This document shows, piece by piece, positions 22,002 through 35,148 of a DNA stretch of 52,830 nt. The position numbers and the translations under genes were made by a program. Location: positions 1 to 52,830 of the forward strand of contig MQRK01216771.1 of NCBI GenBank assembly GCA_001938485.1. Reading direction: 5' to 3'. How positions within the stretch are numbered: position 1 is the stretch's first letter; the number at the start of each line of letters is the position of its first letter. A model generated the notes under the pieces. It did no database searches and was not told the origin of the DNA. It saw nothing but the letters and a program-made list of their open reading frames with translations. The stretch comes from Girardia tigrina (Eukaryota).

Positions 22002-23826
22002 TGGACAGGAAGCCGTATCTCCACGATATTTTGGGAGGAGAAGAAATGTTTGTCGCTTCACCTTCTAAAACACTCAGAGAATCAGCGGGGCTATTAAGAA
22101 TTCGTGTGTGAGAAATGTGACACACGATCGCGAATCAATAATCAATACATTATCATTCTGTTTGATACATTTGTGGAATTCTTCCACGTTAACGAATTCC
22201 TTCACGATATTATTGAAGTCTTTTACTGACTTTTTTATTTTTATTTCTCTTTGTTTATCGAGCTCATATCACGCTAGTAAACTATCTTTTAACTTTTTTA
22301 CTTTCTCAAATGCCTGATTGACTTTCTCGGAATTGCACATCACATTAATGTATTTTGTATCGCTTTTAAATGACTTTTTAACTTCAGAAATCATCGTCAG
22401 GAATCTCATTTTTAAATTTGCCAATTGAAAATTAAGACAAATTTTATTTTTCAAACGTTTTCTCCAACTTTTTTTATTATTATTAAACAAAGACATTTTT
22501 TACTGAAGACTTTTATTTGATTTAAATTGACATTGTGAAAATTGTGACTCCTTTTTAAAAAAATTGATTTTATTGTGAGAACAATTCACAATAAAAAATT
22601 CTTCACATACACACACACATAATCAACCAATCAATTATTTACATTCACAAATTACATTCATACACACAAACACGCAATCACATTCACAAAAACTAAGAGG
22701 CTCACCATTCGATTGAAGTTAATATAATTTACATACACATACTTAATTTCAAACACATTATTAATTAGATTATTCAAATTGATTACAAATCAGACCGATC
22801 TCACCTCAATCATAATTTTCCACTAAATTCGCATTAGAATTATATAAAAATTTTTTATAAAACAACCACTTTTTCAAGTATTACCAATGCACTAAAAAGA
22901 GGAAAATAATTTTTTTTATAGACATGTGCGAAATTTTATACCTAACCAAAAACGTGGGGCGGATTTCTGAATTACTGCTATTAGTAACTGCTAATTCCTC
23001 TTTACTGCTTTTTAGTAACAATCGATCATTTCTATGCCCCATGTTTTTGGTTAGGTATAAAATTTCGCACATGTCTACAAAAAAATTATTTTCCTCTTTT
23101 GAGTGCATTGATGGTTGATTTTATAAAACGTTTTTTTTAAAACGTGTTTGTTTTTATAAAAAATTTTTTTTATTAATAATATTATTTAACTATTTTTAGT
23201 TATCATTTAGGAATTCAAATCTTTCGATTGATTTCGAATAACAGAAATGATAATAAANNNNNNNNNNNNNNNNNNNNNNNNNNNNNNNNNNNNNNNNNNN
23301 NNNNNNNNNNNNNNNNNNNNNNNNNNNNNNNNNNNNNNNNNNNNNNNNNNNNNNNNNNNNNNNNNNNNNNNNNNNNNNNNNNNNNNNNNNNNNNNNNNNN
23401 NNNNNNNNNNNNNNNNNNNNNNNNNNNNNNNNNNNNNNNNNNNNAGCAAGCCTGTATAAAAAAATTCAGCTCAATTGGATGACTGAAAGTGGTCGAAAAA
23501 TCAATCGCAAGATTTGTTCCAGACAGACAGACAAGAAACAAAGCTAAGAAAAACGTGGTAAAAGACAACCGCGACTCGAAATATTTAATTGATTCATTTA
23601 ATTGAGCCTCTAACATTTTTTTAAGTTATTTAATTTTATTTAGTTACTTAATTTAAATTAGTTTTTATTTAATTATTTATTTAAATTATTTATTTATTAA
23701 TTTTCATTTAATTTAATTAATTTATTTTATTTAATCATTTTAATTTATTAATTTAATTATATATTTTATTTATGAATTCCTAAAAATTGCAAAAATGTTC
23801 GGTCAAATCGGCAATTCTCCGCTCCA
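22002..23826. mobile_element. Unclassified 1.8-kb element with TGGA...TCCA termini and 5-bp TSD (possibly a long solo LTR)
   Basis: CATAG|TGGACAGGAAGCC...CTCCGCTCCA|CATAG, inserted within a hAT 3' region. Confidence 0.7.
22890..23105. mobile_element. Foldback MITE, Transib-like
   Basis: ~70-bp TIRs with CAC...GTG termini, flanked by CAATG and CATTG (a 5-bp CANTG target with one mismatch). Confidence 0.7.
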
Positions 23827-24703
23827 CATAGTAATTTTTTATAAGAAAAAGAGTATTGAAAGAAGAATATAAAATGAAAGTAAGGAATTTAAGACTAACA
23901 ATTATAGAACTCTACTTAATTTTTAGGATAGACAATCAACGAGAGGGGTCGAAAATCTTAGGACTGCCCTGGGCGCCAATAACAGCTGCTATGGCACTGG
24001 GATATAAAGAAGTTTAGTTAAAAAATTTTCATGAATGTTAAAAATATTAAAATACATTCGTTAATACAAACGAAGTCCTGTAAATATCAATTTACATTTA
24101 AGTCTTTAAAATTTTAGATTAAAAATTTTAAATTGTGTTCACTGAATGTAATAATAAAATACACATTACGAATCTTTGAATTCTAAAATTTATGTCTAGA
24201 TTTTAGTTCTTCAGTTTTGTTTAGTGAATAAATTCAAATGGTTTTAATTTAACTAGGTTACATATATTTTCTTTTAAATATTCATAATGTAATGATTTTT
24301 AGTAATAAAAAAACCGAAAGTTTTTAAAAAACTAAGTCGGTTTTCTTTTAATAAAATACATCAACAAATAAATATAAATTCACAATAAAATTAAAAAAAA
24401 ATAAAAATTTAACAAAAATATAAAAAAAAACAAACATTAAAATTATTTCTTTCCAAAAAAAGTTTGAAAAATAGAAATAAATTAATATTATTAAAAATGG
24501 AGTCCAAAATTGAAAAAAGAAAATTATTCAATTAATATTTTCTATAGAATTTGTTAGAAAACAGAAAATAACTTGTTTAAATAAGCTCACTTTTTAAAGA
24601 CTACTTAATTTCAGTTTCTATTTGCATTAATAAGTAAGAATAAACGTTTTTAACGAATTTAAACGTTTTTAAATTGTCAAATCGTTTTTCTAGAAGCGCA
24701 ATA

Positions 24704-26857
24704 ATGACGGCAAATGGCGATTATATAACTGTTGTAAACATGGACCGCGATTTGATTACAACAGTGAGCCAGGAATTCGTTCTTCAGTTCTACACGATCA
24801 TGAACAAACATCCGGGCTCATTGCATCGGTTCTACAAAGAAGAGAGCACGTTGACAAGAGACGATGTGTTTGCCCAGGGCCAACACGAGATCCACAAGTA
24901 CTACATGAATCTCGAGTTGACCAATTGCAAAGCGGTCGTGCTGTCTTTGGACGCAGTCAAATCGCACGGGAAAAGTATTTTAATACAAGTGACGGGAGAA
25001 ATTGCCAATAACGGTTGCGATTTGCGACGATTTATGCAATCGTTTCTCTTGGTCGAGCAAGACCTCGGCAATTTCTACGTGCTGAACGACATCTTCCGAT
25101 ACCAGGATCAAACCTTCAAGGTCGAAGGTGATGAGCGAGCGAGAAATAGCGCGAATTTTGTGATTTAATATTTTTTTTCGATTAAGATGTTGAAGAACCG
25201 GTTGCGCAGGAGCACGAGAACAAGAATGAAGATATCCATGTCGAATTAAATGTGATCATTCGTTATTAATGGATTTTTATTATGGGATAATAAAATGATA
25301 TTGTGTTTTTATTTTCAAATACGAATCAAAGAAATGTTATTGATCGATTGTTTTTATGATTTGATAATTTTGGATTTTTTTCTTTTGATAATCAATCGAT
25401 ATATTTTGAATTGATTTTCTTTATTAAAATTAATTTACTTTTGAAATAATTGTAAATTAAATTCTTATTTATTATAATCGATATTAATATTTCTTTGATC
25501 GTTAAAATTTTAATTTCTTTAATTATATGATTACTATTTATAATTAATCATTAAATCAATCAATAATTATATAAATTATTTAATTTTAATTAAAATATCG
25601 GTTAGTGTGTGTTGTTTAATAAAAATAATTTGAATTAATAGTGAAATTTCCTATTTGAAAAATTCACGATGATAACATTTATTTGACCGTTTAAAGTGAA
25701 ATACTTGTGGAATAATATTTTTAAAGTAATTGTAATTCATAAAAATATTTGTAAAAATTTAAAAAATCAATAATTTTTAATCGTTTTCGGAAATTTTTAT
25801 ATTTTTATAAAGTGAAATTTAATTTGTAATTTACTATTTAATAATATTATGACTCATTAATTTCTCATTTAAATGACTTTCTTCAATTAAATAATTTAGA
25901 AACTTATGATCATTATTGAAATCGTTAAAAATGAAATATTGATTTACTCTTAGAAATGGATAATCAAAGATTTTAGTTTTATTAAGTGCATAATTTAACT
26001 TAAGTTTAATTTTATAATAAAAACTTGAATAATAATTTATTGATCGATATGTAAATTTAGTCGTGGAATGAAATGAGCAGAAATTGTGAGATCAATAACG
26101 AGCCGATTTCTCAATCTCCTCAACTGATTGAAAACGAAGAATCGACTGAAGAGATGTTCAACTACAAAATTAGCCTGAATGAAGAAAAGGATGTCTCCGC
26201 TGAGATTCCAGTGGAGATCGATTCGACCCAAGACATCGGTCAGAAGATGGAAGAGCTGAGCACCAAGGAGAAGTCCTGGGCGGCGATCATCAATCCGATG
26301 GGAAGTCGTCCGGCCAAACCGACAGCGCCAGTCGCACCGCAACCGCAGGCCACCAAGCCGGTTCAACAACAGAAACCGATAAACTCTAACGGCGATGGCA
26401 ATTTCGAGAAGCGCAAACCGCGATTCCCGAATATGGCGGGTAGCGGCGGTCCGAACACCAAGACCCAATCGACTCTCAACTATCCCGACGAACACCAACT
26501 GTTCGTCGGTAATTTACCGCAAAATATGACCGAGGAAGAATTGAAGGAATTTTTCACGACAAATTACGGCGCCGTGAAGGATGTTCGAATTCAAAAATCG
26601 CGAACGTCCAACGAAGGAAAACCGTTACCGAATTTCGGATTTCTTGTTTTCCATAATCACGACGTCGTCGAGGAGATTCTGAAACACAAGGTGAAATTAT
26701 GATTCGTTTATTTTTATGACATTCTATCGATTATTTAATTGAATTGGAATATTGTTTAATTTCTTTTTTTCAGCCAATTTATTACAGCTCTCATCGTTTG
26801 AATGTCGAACAAAAGATGGGCAATTCTCGTGGTTCCCACAAGCCCAACCGTCGTTAG
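24704..26857 (+). CDS. G3BP: Ras GTPase-activating protein-binding protein (G3BP/Rasputin) homologue; join(24704..25127,25187..25251,26061..26690,26774..26857), 400 aa
   Basis: NTF2-like domain (FVLQFYTIMNKHPGSLHRFY..RRFMQSFLL..FYVLNDIFRYQD), acidic region, KSWAAI and PxxP region, then RRM (HQLFVGNLP; PNFGFLVF; HRLNVEQK). All three GT-AG introns preserve the frame. Confidence 0.93.
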
Positions 26858-28404
26858 GACCTTTCAAACTGTCTCTATCTCTCTCTCTCACTGATTATTG
26901 TGTCTACAATTTATTTTGTTCCACTAAATTTTAAAGACAATATAAAATTTGACCCATTGGATGTTTTTGATTTTTTTAGTAGTGCTTTGGATATCTAAAA
27001 TATAATAAATCAATATATATTTTCAAAATGCGCGTATACGATAAAATAAAATCGCGAGCTGGCAATTTTTGTTGGTAGTGAAAATGTTCTATTTTGTTTT
27101 CTGCTAATGAGGATGACGTTGGTGTTTATTATTATTAATAAAAATAATGATGAGAATAAATGATTGTTTCATTTTGTCAGCGTATAGAAAAAAATAAATT
27201 GTTGCACATTTTTTTTATTCTTTATTTATTGGGTTTGAAAATTGTGTTTTTGTTTATTATTAATATTTATTTTCAATAAAATAATTATTTAAAGTTTTCC
27301 TAAAAAAATTTTTTAATTGGAAAAGATATTTGTAAACTCATTAAATGGATAAAAAATAGTTTGTTGAAAGTCCTTGTTTGTGTGTGTGTGTGTGTTTTGT
27401 AATATTGAATTTATAAATAATCTGCAATTTGATTGGTCGTTGGGCCATATATAATGGCCTTATACACTCATATTGCAAATTTTTTGTTTTCTATGTAGTA
27501 TGATTTGATTATTTTGGACAATTTCGATATTTAGTGAGTGACAATTAATTATGTAAAATTGTTTTTTTTAACAAAATATGGATATTTTTTATTGATAAAT
27601 AAAAGTAATTCAGTTACATAAGTGTTTTCAAGTTAATAATTTGTAAGAACTGTATTTTGTAACTTGATCAAGTAATTGGGGTGAAGATGGATTGTGGTGT
27701 GTTCCAATGTTATCTGAAGTACGAGATTGAGTGGATTGATTAGAATAGAATGTTCAATAATTATGCCATTCTAATTTTGCTATACGTTTTGTAATTTGAT
27801 AAAAATATAAACCATTTTTAGTTTATAACATTTAAAAAATATTGAAATATTAATACAATAAATATTAAAATTTCAAGAAAATATTTTCGATTTGTAAAAA
27901 AATCTTTTATCTTTGAAATTCAACTTTCTTTAATCGGATTGACTTTTATTTCGACAAATTTTAAAATGATTGATTAAAACAATTAAATGATCTAACAAAC
28001 TATTGATCCACAAATTAGGCCTAATTGATTCGACTATTAATATTTTTAGTTTGTAATCTACTTGTTTGTTAAACATTTTCAAATAGACCTTCATTGCATT
28101 AGGGAATTATTAAAACATTTTGGTGGTTGGTTGAGATTACATTTGTAGAGGGTGTCTCCGGGTCTGCAGATTGGCAAGTTCTTGACAGGGTAAGTGATAT
28201 ATAATTTTCAAACAAAATATACTCTCATTATCTTTTGCCAAAATGATTTTTCTGAATACATTTCTTCTATACGCAATTTTAAAACTGGAACAGATCATTT
28301 CCAAAGGTTCACCTTCGATCTTTTTAAAATTTTAAATGACGAAATCTCAATAATATCTTTTGTGGCTTCTCCGTTATATCTATTATATTTTATTTAAAAA
28401 ATAT

Positions 28405-28411
<7 letters not shown>

Positions 28412-28453
<42 letters not shown>

Positions 28454-28843
28454 NNNNNNNNNNNNNNNNNNNNNNNNNNNNNNNNNNNNNNNNNNNNNNN
28501 NNNNNNNNNNNNNNNNNNNNNNNNNNNNNNNNNNNNNNNNNNNNNNNNNNNNNNNNNNNNNNNNNNNNNNNNNNNNNNNNNNNNNNNNNNNNNNNNNNNN
28601 NNNNNNNNNNNNNNNNNNNNNNNNNNNNNNNNNNNNNNNNNNNNNNNNNNNNNNNNNNNNNNNNNNNNNNNNNNNNNNNNNNNNNNNNNNNNNNNNNNNN
28701 NNNNNNNNNNNNNNNNNNNNNNNNNNNNNNNNNNNNNNNNNNNNNNNNNNNNNNNNNNNNNNNNNNNNNNNNNNNNNNNNNNNNNNNNNNNNNNNNNNNN
28801 NNNNNNNNNNNNNNNNNNNNNNNNATATATATATATATATATA
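28412..28843. repeat. (TA)n microsatellite spanning an assembly gap
   Basis: TA repeats on both sides of the N run. Confidence 0.9.
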
Positions 28844-28963
28844 TGATAAAATATTACATTTATTTTACTAATAAAATATTGGTTTAACTATGATTTAAAA
28901 TTATATATTATACTAAGTAATAATAATTATAACTCTGTTGAATATTATGCTGACAGGAATTAA

Positions 28964-29248
28964 CACATTGACGGACAGTAGGAACAAGTGAAGATCGAAA
29001 ATTAACATTATGTTTTTGTAATTTTTAGATATTAGAATTATAGTTTTACTCATTCTGTTTAAATAAACTTAATTTTGATTAATTCAGCACCTTTAAATAG
29101 GCTTCTACTTGTACACCGGTAAATGCATATTTATACCCCTAGAGTTGTAGTGTCTAAAAACGACCGTTTCGTTTTGGACAGCTATTATCGTCATGTCAGA
29201 TGGTGAACTTCGCTTTGACAGCTATAGACGGAAGTGTTCGTCAACGTG
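28964..29248. mobile_element. piggyBac-type MITE
   Basis: TTAA|CACATTGACGGAC...GTTCGTCAACGTG|TTAA. Confidence 0.75.
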
Positions 29249-30142
29249 TTAATACAAAAAGAGGGCAAATAATGTTGGGTTACAAAAGAAATACTTATTG
29301 ATTTTGTGAGGAATATTTAAAATTGCATAAATGTGTGAATGCTGTATGTTGAACTTAGAATGGTAATTTTCCCACCCAGATAGAAATTGGGATATTATTT
29401 TGTATTTATGATAATTAACGCTATAACAAATAACAGTTGGAGTTATAACAAATTTCCACGATATTCTCTTTGAAAATTACGTACATATCATAAGCAGCAG
29501 AATTTCAAAGAGGCTTTTTGAATTTTTGTTGATATTAAAAATATTTCAAGAAATTGTAAATAAAGCTATTAGAACTTCAGTATTAACTAGTATTAACTAT
29601 TCATGTAGAATTAACATGCCTAATGTACATAAAATCCAAGGATTACAGATAGGGTAACTTGTATGTTTGGATGTCTCTATATAAAACTGCTACTGATATT
29701 CCGATCTGTATGAATAGATACGGTAGGAATCCAATAGCGGTATAGTGGAATAGTTATGTGGTAATATAGTGGTGTAGTGTGAAAGCGGAAATGATTACCC
29801 TATTTAGTGGAGTCCGGGGTAACAGCGAGGAAGAAATCCAAATAAAACTATTATATAGCTCATTGTCGCTTATGCCCATAGAAAAAAGGTACTGTTATAA
29901 TTATAATTTTCTACCAACTTTGTTTCAAAGAAATAACATTCAAGAATATTAAAGAATTGAAGTATTTTTTGTACAGTATCATTCAAATTTCTAAGAAAGA
30001 CTCAAATAACTAAGAATTTTAATTTAATTTTTCAAATTGCAACATTTGCATAATTAAACTCAAAAATAACACATTTCTACTCAAACTAAATACTAAACGT
30101 CTAGGTTTTTTAACAACAATAATTTATTAATTATATATTTTC

Positions 30143-30538
30143 TAACGGATAACTCCTAATTGTATCATTAAACCTAATAGTATCACTACTCATTTTTTGA
30201 ATAACATTTTAGTATACTAATAGTATCATTATTACAATGTTTTAACCCTTGAATGCATCTTGTATCAAAAATGATACAACAAACGTTTGAAAGTGCCATG
30301 CATCCAGTTTGTGTAAATAATTGCTGTCCTTTGTAAATAAATTATCTTTGTACATTTTTGTCTATGACGATTATAACAAAACATGTCAAAACTCCCGCCA
30401 ATATTGATATAAACGTCAAAATAATATAAACAGAAAAAAATATTTCATGAAAAAATAAAAAATCATGCATTTAAGGGTTAATGATAGTTCATGATAGTAT
30501 TCCAATAGTATCACAATAGTATTATGAGTTATCCGTTA
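30143..30538. mobile_element. Unclassified MITE hosting a piggyBac MITE
   Basis: Inverted repeat TAACGGATAACTC / GAGTTATCCGTTA, with internal ATAGTATCA repeats. Confidence 0.6.
30246..30477. mobile_element. piggyBac-type MITE
   Basis: TTAA|CCCTTGAATGCAT...ATGCATTTAAGGG|TTAA. Confidence 0.8.
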
Positions 30539-31126
30539 CTTTTATTTTATAACTTCGAAACAACTATTATCTTCCAAAAGAATAGTTCTTGAAATAAGTT
30601 TCAACAGCTTTTTAAAATTACTCCAATGTTTAGAAGTAAAAATTTATTTTTGATAATGCCTAATTATTCAATTTTGTTCTTACGACTCCCATGAAAATTT
30701 GAAATTAACATTTAGATTTAGTTAAGTCACATTGACAGGATCAACCGCTGAACATCACTAGCCAGAGTGACTACACGAAACATATGAGTTCCAAACCCAT
30801 CCGTTCAATCATCTATTTTCTATGATTAAAGATTTTTATTTAATCTTTTGTTTTTGTAACTCTCACAGTAATATTTAATCTCTTCCTAAGAAAAATAATA
30901 TTTCCCATTTTCCAAGTATAAAGAAACTTTTAAATAATTAAACGATTTTTAGAATCAAAAAGAAGTTTTTGGTTTTTCAAACTACTAATTATTATACAAA
31001 ACCTCCTGTGACTTAAAATTGTGATTATTGTACAAAAAATAAATATAAATAATAATTTGTAGCCAAAACATTCCAACAAACAGTGTCTTGAAATATGAAG
31101 ATTTATTTTACAATATTTTTTTGTAG

Positions 31127-31727
31127 ATGTCAACTAATAATTCTGACTCAGTAACTAATCGCAATGATGTAGCTAATAAAGAACAACAAGCGTCAAAATT
31201 CTTCAATAATAATAATAATAATTGTGGAATTAAAGAAAACACATTAGGAGTAAACAGTGTAACCGATAGTGCCTATGACAGTCTTGTATGTTCTCCCTTT
31301 AGTCCAACAATAATATCCAATTCCAATAAAAGTAATCCTTCGGATAACCAGGAGAACTTTTCCAATACTCTGGATTCCATTTCTCCATTTCTTGAGCTTG
31401 GTGAAAATGATGATGTTTTTAAAGTGAGTCTGGAACAAATCTATATTGAACAGAAGCCGAAAATGTCAATATGTAGATCTATATTTCGGCCAATAACATC
31501 TGAAAGAGAAATTACTAACAATTCTAATGATAATAGACGGGATTCTTTTGAAGATGCTCCTCAATCTAACGTGATGTTAAGGGAATTTTTGTATAACAAC
31601 CCGTTAAAATCTCACAGATCGATTTCGACACAAACCAAATTCTCATTGGGTTCTATTGGATTTTACAGACCTAATTCAGCTCCTTTACAAGAAGGGATCG
31701 AAGAAGAACTTTCAGAAATTGAAACAA
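31127..31727 (+). CDS. First coding exon of an unidentified S/N-rich, probably disordered protein; candidate downstream exons near 33501-33593 and 33689-33737
   Basis: ~200 open codons. The ATG directly follows the acceptor TTTTGTAG, with a probable donor near 31728. No recognisable domain. Confidence 0.55.
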
Positions 31728-31892
31728 GTTATTTATATTTTAATATTATTTATATTTTTCGGAAGTACGATATAAATGTTCTATTGAATCATTCTATAAT
31801 GAAAATTTTCAATAATTAAAATGACTTTTAGAAAACTTAGTTTTTATTCATGACTTGTATTTTTAGTTATAATAAGTACAATTAACTCAGTT

Positions 31893-31936
<44 letters not shown>

Positions 31937-34900
31937 ACAATTTTGTTAAACGATTTATCACCCACTTCCCATGGTCAGATTGAAATGATATTGTGCCGTA
32001 ATTTGTAATCCCGATGACAATATATGAATCAATTAAAAAATTTTATATCTAAATGATTGATTAATTATTTTTTGCACCAAATAAATTTGCGATTACCCCC
32101 AAATTATCCTTATTTATAAATTAAATAGAAAGCAATTTAATTCAAATCTATTTTTTATATCTTTCAATGCTTTATGAATTTCCGGTATCTTTTCTTAATA
32201 AATACATTTTTGGATTCCTAATTAATTATATTTTATATATTAATATTTTTGTCACGAGGAATTTTCAAAACAAATTATTTATTTTCTGGACTCGGTGTAT
32301 TCTACTCTTTCATATTTTTTTCGCATTAAAAACATTTTTTGGTGGTTTAAGGTGCGGAAACAACGCTCAGAAGACCAGATTTTCTAAATCAGCAATCAAT
32401 CCCGAATTTTCGGTAAAAAACTCTAAAATCTGACCGAATAGTTTAGATTCCACCGAGATACAACAGTTGTACCGTACGAAAACACAAATTAAAATGCTCT
32501 TCTTAACCGGCCGATCATTCTCTCACCCCAGCCGGCTCGATCGATTAAATTGTTAAAAATTGCGAATTTGTTAATTGATTTTCGATGGATTTTTATTCGA
32601 ATTAAGCATTGTTTTTAAAAAAGATTTTTTCGATTTTTTTCTATTCTGGTCGTTTTATAAATCTTATTTTTTTAACTTAAAAATTAATTTGTTTTAAAAT
32701 TCTAGTTTCGTTTTGCTTAATTTATTCTGAAACAAAGAAAAACTTAAAAAATAAAATTTCATTTTATTTCGGTGATATTTAAAACTATTTATACAATTAA
32801 AATTATAAATAGTTCCAAATTCATATTTAAATTTTCTTTTTTTTCTTTTAAACAAGAGATAATTTGAATATTTTAAATGAATAAGATCTTGAAATATTTT
32901 AAATAAAAACAGGAATAACACTGAAAGAATTTAAAGTGTTATAGTTTAATTAATTTCGACGGATCCACAGTTATCATCAAGTATGAATATTTATAAATTA
33001 AACTACTTATTTTTTTATCGGAAACAGATCAAAAAGCCCCCGGACACAACCCTCAGACATATACCCCCCGACATCAGAGTTAAGGATATAGTTGGAGTTA
33101 TAGTTAGGGTTATGGTGAGTAAGTATACTACACTCAAATGTTAGCCGGTCATCCATTACAAAATCTGAGAAAAAAGTAGTTTGAGAAAAAAATTGTTTGC
33201 ATTTATATTTAATTTTTAAAAATTCTACATTGACCGTGAACCTTACTCGATCTACTTGACGGTAAATGCGTACTTAATGTACTTGTGATAAGATTCTTGA
33301 AAAAGTCTTAGTAGGATGTACAAACAATTACCGTATCATTTATCATAAAAAAGTTAGATGTTAGATGAATTTGTAACTTCGTTGTGAATAAATTAATATT
33401 ACAATTTAGATATTGTAATTAGATATTGTAATATCTATGTATATTTAATTCGAAACGTCATTTGACCAGTTTTTATAATCTGAAACATATTTACAAATAG
33501 GAAATTTGCTCACGAAACTTCGTAAATGTTCCAATATGTTCCACGTGTTTCAAAAAACATTAAGTGAAACAGAAAATATATCCGAAAATCCTGGTTAAAA
33601 ATAATCCCATATGTCAATTTTTGTCATTATATTTATTATTTAATGCTTTATTTGTGTTTAATTTAATGTATAAATTTATATTAAATAGTGTCATTCATCA
33701 GTTCATATTTATTCTTTGATCAAACTGGTAACCAGATGTAAATAATTTACAAAACATTATAAACAATAGAAATTCAAATGATTGAAGTTCAACCCATCAA
33801 TTATTGTTTTATTCAAATATAAATGGTAGAATTCTCATTATTTTTTGGCCAACAAATTATATTTCGGGAAGAAACAAATTATTTGAATCAATCTATAAGT
33901 GTTCAGAAATAGAGGGTCGGTTGGGACTGAATATTAGCGAATTTAGTAAATTTCGTATAAATAAATATTAGAATTTAAAGAAAAAAAGATAAGATAAAAT
34001 AAAAAGTTAAATTTTAATTTTTGAAAGATTTACTATTTTAAAAGTAAAATTTAATATGTTATGTTTGATTTGTTTTAATGTAAAAAAGTGAAAACTAGAA
34101 ATTGAAAAAAAAATTGTTATTGATTGAATTTGAATTGTCGTTTTATTTTTTTTTGTAAAATGAGCGACGTAAACGATCCGTCCTAAAAGGACATAAAATC
34201 AAAATCAGTGTCGTTAAAACAATGGTAAGAGAACAGATAATGTACAAATGTGAAATAAACTTAGAAAATGAAAAGAAAACAAATAAGCCAACTCTAGTAT
34301 TATCTTTTACCTAATCTCTTTAATTGTAATAACCTTGGATTTCTAATCAAAGATGTTTAAGTTTTGAACAGTCAGATCCATATAACTGTACCAAAGTGAA
34401 ATATTTGGAATTGTTTTTTTTATGAATTCCTATTAAATATTTCCAACAACCAAAATTTCTTTATTTGAATTGTTGAGTTCTTGATCAAGAATTGAATTCA
34501 TTAACGCAAAACTTTATTTCTATCACAATAACGATTATTCAAACAATTTTTCTTGATGAAATTTCCTTTAGTTTTCTTTTGACCAGACTCATTATACATA
34601 AAAATACTGGATTATAAATACGGCTAAGTTATTTATTAAAACGTTATTTTAAAAATTGAATTTATTATTTTTTGATTACGTTAAGATATATACTAACATT
34701 TTAATATTTTATACAAATTCTTTAAAATACATTATAAAAATGTACATAATTTACTGTTTTATTTTACATCATTTTTATACGTATTTTAGTTAAATTACAA
34801 CAATTTCTATTAATTTAAAATTATTTTGATGTTGTTATTTCAATATTATCTATTTAAAAATCATTTAACTTAAATATAATTTAAAGTCTTTAAAATATTT

Positions 34901-34954
34901 GAATGATACATCTACTATTAAAATTAAATTCCTAAATATTTTTTATTCTTCGTT

Positions 34955-35148
34955 AATTTTTAAAACATTCAATTATAATTATTTTTAATACAAATTTTGG
35001 GTGACAACTAATTGCAATAAAACATTATGATTTTTTATTTTACAACTTAATTTTAAAAACATTTAATTATAAATTATTTTAAATACAAATTTGGTTTACA
35101 ATTAATTGTAATAAAACATTGTGATTTTTATTTTACCACTTAATTTTA
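34955..35148. repeat. Diverged tandem duplication, ~95-bp unit x2
   Basis: AAAACATT..AATTATAA..AATACAAATTT..ATAAAACATT.TGATTTTT occurs twice. Confidence 0.65.

Larger units (their letters stand above)
21875..23999 (+). mobile_element. hAT 3' end, interrupted by the 22002-23826 element
   Basis: ELAAELNFDTIINKFTEIKARKLH* ends at 21953. A hAT-like terminus GCTATGGCACTG lies near 23999. Confidence 0.65.

Noticed and set aside
23207-23616. ORFs running through N gaps (also 11528-11827, 14132-14398 and 28360-28887)
   Set aside because: Artefacts of assembly gaps.
26037-26498. 153-aa minus-strand ORF
   Set aside because: Antisense shadow of G3BP exon 3.
30745-30805. tRNA or tRNA-SINE head (weak A/B boxes)
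   Set aside because: No cloverleaf, and the boxes are too degenerate.
31127-31819. Cdc25 phosphatase (DSG-like degron, RxNSAP)
   Set aside because: No rhodanese/HCX5R catalytic exon was found downstream, and short motifs alone are insufficient.
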